The notes under the pieces were generated by a model, which saw nothing but the letters and a program-made list of their open reading frames with translations, searched no databases and had not been told where the DNA came from. 64,000 nt of DNA from the NCBI RefSeq assembly GCF_006345805.1, contig NC_042997.1, positions 201,624,001-201,688,000 on the forward strand, in the 5' to 3' direction. Origin of the DNA: Octopus sinensis (lineage: Eukaryota). A program made the translations under genes and the position numbers. Of the stretch, positions 60,064 through 64,000 are shown piece after piece; within the stretch, counting starts at the first letter, position 1, and every line of letters starts with the position of its first letter.

Positions 60064-60213
60064 TTGAAAAATACCTTAGGAATGAGAACCTAGGTTCGAA
60101 ATTTCCCCAAGACACCTGATGAAGGCTGGAGGGTATATCTGCCGAAACGTTATGTTAACAACAAATAAGATGAGGACAAATATCCGTCAAATGTAAATAA
60201 TGTAAATAATGAA
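59917..60213 (+). mobile_element. SINE-4, intact copy
   Basis: A-box TGGCGTAGTGG, B-box GAGTTCGATTCC, ~70 bp of (AAT)n, tail with HHR. It is preceded by an inverted copy of its own first 26 nt (59889-59914). Confidence 0.85.
60111..60156 (+). ncRNA. Type I hammerhead motif in the SINE-4 tail
   Basis: GACAC-CTGATGA-A-GGCTG/GAGGGTATAT/CTGCC-GAAA-CG-TT-ATGTT. Canonical core with an extra A; one mismatch each in stems I and II; helix III palindrome AACGTT. Confidence 0.7.
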
Positions 60214-60585
60214 CATTATCTAATGTTTTAATCTTTTCTTCCTTATTTAAACGATAAGACTTAATTCGAGGGTGGTTTGGCTGCGGTTTCTACTAGGCCA
60301 AGCATCCACGTAGAGGTTTCCTTGCTAACTAGTGTCGCAGTCGTCGTCATCGTCGTTTTTGTTGTTGTTGTTGCTGCTGTTGCTGTTGTCTTGCTGATAG
60401 TGTTGCTGATGTTGTGGTTGTTGTTTTGTGAATTAACGCACGGCGTCGAGTTGGGAACTTTCCCCGAACGCTACCCCGCAGCAAATGGACGTTTAAATAA
60501 AACACGCACACTATGTATCTGCTACCGTTAATTCATTTCTTCTTTTTTTTTAATATTTCTCTACAGCCGGTGTTGCTGTGGCTGC

Positions 60586-60618
<33 letters not shown>

Positions 60619-60619
<1 letters not shown>

Positions 60620-60816
60620 AAGCAACAAGACGGGTAAGGGTGATTAGGGGTGATGGTCTAGGGCTTAGGGGCGGGAGACCACAGACCTTGGAAAATAAAA
60701 AGAACTTTGGTCGTCTTGTTGTAGTCAAGGGCTCTTCGTCGACGCCCGACACCACTGGGCGGTAGCCCTCGAAGTCGCTGGAAATGGAGATCTCTAGGTC
60801 CAAATTCTTGGACGGC
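60619..60816 (-). mobile_element. Second copy of the 190-bp GC-rich repeat (see 38068-38259)
   Basis: Same termini, roughly 85% identity by eye. Confidence 0.8.
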
Positions 60817-61390
60817 TGCTGTTGCTGCTGCTACAGTTGCTGGTGTTGGTGGTGGTCGTGGTGGTGTGGTGGTAGTGGTGGTCGTGGTGGTCGTGGTGGT
60901 CGTGGTGGCGGTGGTGCTGGTGCTGGTGCTGGTTGTGATCGGTTTGGTGGTGGTGGTGGTGCTACTACTGCTACTTCTGGTGGTGGTGTTCTTATAGTGT
61001 TGTTACTATTTCTGTTGTGTATAATACATCGCTTTTATTTTTAAATGCTTCTCTGCGATTTTAAAGCAACAATGCTACGCAAATATGGTTAAGTTCCTGG
61101 GTTTACATTTCTAGTGCCATTCATTGAAGTTAAAATCTAAAAGAATTAGATTCCGTCCAGCTGCGAAAGGAGAAATTAAACTTCAGTTAAAGGTCAATAG
61201 TTGATTCCGATTAGACCAAACGGCTTCTTCAAATATATTTCAAATTCTGTTTACTGATGAGAAAGTACTCAGAATAGTTACAACCTGACGTGTGTGTGTG
61301 TGTGATGTGTACGTGTATAAGTATATACATATATATATAGATATATATATAGATATATATATGTATATATGTATGTATGAATGTATTGTA

Positions 61391-61444
<54 letters not shown>

Positions 61445-61495
61445 GAGAGAGAGAGAGAGAGTGTGTGTGTGTGTGTGTGTGATAGATAGATAGAC

Positions 61496-61566
<71 letters not shown>

Positions 61567-61636
61567 TAGATATACTGACAGACAGACAGACAAATAATAT
61601 ATATATATATATGTATATATATATAATATTATATAT

Positions 61637-61687
<51 letters not shown>

Positions 61688-62126
61688 TTATTGGTAGAGA
61701 CAACATAAATTTTAGGATCTACAAAAGCTTACGGGGAAAGAGATTCCTAGTGCATCTTTGAGGAATGTAGTTCAGTTGCTGCTACTTGAAGAGGACGTGT
61801 GTGTGTGTGTGTGTGTGTGGTGTGTGTGTGTGTGTATTCTGGATGTGGTAGCAGTGTGCAGCAAATCCCATAGAAATCCAAAAACCCTAATATATTATAT
61901 ATTCGCTTCCACTTAACATATTACGCAATCATTATAACAAACGATTTCTCACGATTACCAACAACGTTCTACACAAACCACCTCAATGATATGACATTGA
62001 CTGTTTTATTCACAGACGCACACACACACATCCATATATATATATCTATATTATATATATCTATATATATATATATGTATATATATAATATATATATATA
62101 TATACATATATATACATATATATATA

Positions 62127-62349
62127 TATTTCTTTACTACCCACAAGGGGCTAAACACCAGGGGACAAACAAGGACAGACAATTAAGTCAATTACATCAA
62201 CCCCAGTGCGTAAGTGGTCCTTAATTTATCGACCCCGAAAGGATGAAAGGCAAAGTCTACCTCGGTGGAATTTGAACTCAGAACATAACGGCAGACGAAA
62301 TACGGCTACGCATTTCGCCCAGCGTGCTAACGTTTCTGCCAGCTCGCCA
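62127..62349 (-). mobile_element. SINE-1, single unit
   Basis: Family head and tail type a. Confidence 0.9.
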
Positions 62350-62354
62350 TCTTC

Positions 62355-62418
<64 letters not shown>

Positions 62419-62449
62419 TGTGTGTGTGTGTGTGTGTATACACACATAT

Positions 62450-62708
62450 AGAAGCCCGTCGTATATATGTATATATATGTATGTGTATGTGTGTGTATAT
62501 GTTTGTGTGTCTGTGTTTGTCCCCCCTCCCCAACATCGCTTGACAACCGATGCTGGGGTGTTTACGTCCCCGTAACTGAGCGGTTCGGCAAAAAAGACCG
62601 ATAGAATAAGTACTAGGCTTCCAAAGAATAAGTCCTGGGGTCGATTTGCTAGACTAAAAGCGATGCTCCAGCATGACCGCAGTCAAATGAGTGAAACAAG
62701 TAAAAGAG
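62450..62708 (+). mobile_element. SINE-2, 5'-truncated
   Basis: AGAAGCCCGTCG...GCAGTCAAATGAGTGAAACAAG. Confidence 0.9.
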
Positions 62709-63661
62709 CGAGAGAGAGAGAGAGAGAGAGAGAGGGGGGAGGGAGAGAGAGAGAGAGTATGCTGCTACATGTGAAACTCACTGTATACGCTCATTATATC
62801 ATTAAGCAATATCATCACGTGGCAAAAAGATGGTCTTTGATGTTTGGTAAGGATATCACAGCGCTTCGTCATTTGACTACATTTAACACGAGATGAGAGT
62901 CACCATCTGCTATTAAGTATAGTAAAATGATTCACTATCACCACCACCATCATCATCCTCATCATCATCATCATCATCACCATCATTTAACGTCCATTTC
63001 CCAAGCTGTCATGGGTTGGACGGTTTGACAGGATTAGCTTGACATCCAACAATAGTCATATCTTTTAGGCTGTCTAGTGAACCTATACTGAATCCTGAGA
63101 AATCCATATTAGCTGTAGACATTATTGGCAGGATTTGAAATAACATCTGATAGTGACAGACCTTGTAAAATCACTGTCAAGCTATTTTAAATAGATAGAC
63201 AGACCTAAAGCAGACTTGGAGCAGAGAGAGAGAGAGAGTGAGAGAGAGAGAGAGAGAGAGAGTGAGAGAGAGAGAAAGAGAGACCATGTCATGGATGATG
63301 TTATTTGAAACAATAAGTTTTAGCGGATGCAGACGTTCTGGACAAAGCACGACTTTTCTGGGATGTGGTGACATTGTTATTATTAGCGGGCCATAAACAA
63401 GAGCTGAAAATATTTGGTAACAAGTCTCTGGAGGACACCACAAGTTCATGGCAACGAAGTCTTAAAGAAGAGCCATTACGATATATCTTCTGAAATGATC
63501 CAATATATCAGAAGACAAGAGCTGTGTTGCTGAAATATTTCCCTAGAACCAACACTATCGAAATAGGCCAATATGAAAAGCATCATTCCAGTACTTAAAC
63601 ATAAACTTTCAGAACCTTTGCAAGACTATCTAAACTGTTAACATGACTTCTAAGTGATCAA

Positions 63662-63990
63662 CGCAGGAGTGGCTGTGTGGTAAGTAGCTTGCTAACCAAC
63701 CACATGGTTCCGGGTTCAGTCCCACTGCGTGACATCTTGGGCAAGTGTCTTCTGCTATAGCCCCGGGCCGACCAATGCCTTGTGAGTGGATTTGGTAGAC
63801 GGAAACTGAAAGAATGCTGGTGTGTTTACGTCCCCGTCACTTAGCGGTCCGGCAAAAGATACTGATAGAATAAGCACTAGGCTTACAAAGAATAAGTCCT
63901 AGGGTCGATTTGCTCGACTAAAGGCGGTGCTCCAGCATGGCCGCAGTCAAATGACTGAACAAGTAAAAGAGTAAAAGAGTAAAAGAGTAA
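63662..63990 (+). mobile_element. SINE-2, young-looking, lacking the internal microsatellite segment
   Basis: CGCAGGAGTGGCTGTGTGG head, junction GAAAGAA|TGCTGGTG, (GAGTAAAA)n tail. Confidence 0.9.
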
Positions 63991-64000
63991 CGGCATCATA

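Noticed and set aside
63945-63975. SINE-2 tail CAGTC-AAAT-GACTG-AAAC-AAGTA as the 3' half of a hammerhead
   Set aside because: No CUGANGA-like segment precedes the hairpin in any copy.

Overview
AT-rich, microsatellite-dense eukaryotic intronic or intergenic DNA, most likely from an octopus. That assignment is inferred from the tRNA-derived SINE families and the repeat landscape. No host protein-coding exon could be identified with confidence, and most ORFs in the supplied track are microsatellite translations. The window is a mosaic of: (i) at least four tRNA-headed SINE families; (ii) many Penelope-like element (PLE) remnants, including four GIY-YIG endonuclease fragments and several fold-back palindromes; (iii) 3' ends of three families of restriction-like-endonuclease (R2/R4-Dong/Hero-type) non-LTR elements, sitting inside (AAT)n or (CATA)n tracts; (iv) RTE and CR1-type LINE ends; (v) Tc1/mariner and hAT MITEs, a hAT transposase remnant and tandem Helitrons. 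The strongest signal is RNA-structural. About a dozen minimal type I hammerhead ribozyme (HHR) motifs from several distinct PLE-like families can be folded by eye. They include fully canonical cores, two with the compensatory U3-A8 core pair, and mirror-image pairs in perfect palindromes. One family is a tRNA-head/(AAT)n/hammerhead SINE with a Penelope-style 5' inversion, and its AAT tract is itself a landing site for AAT-associated LINEs. A second short repeat carries a candidate HDV-like pseudoknot. All ribozyme calls are hand-folded and untested. Single-base glitches in many dinucleotide runs suggest assembly indel errors, so single-nucleotide details need read support.
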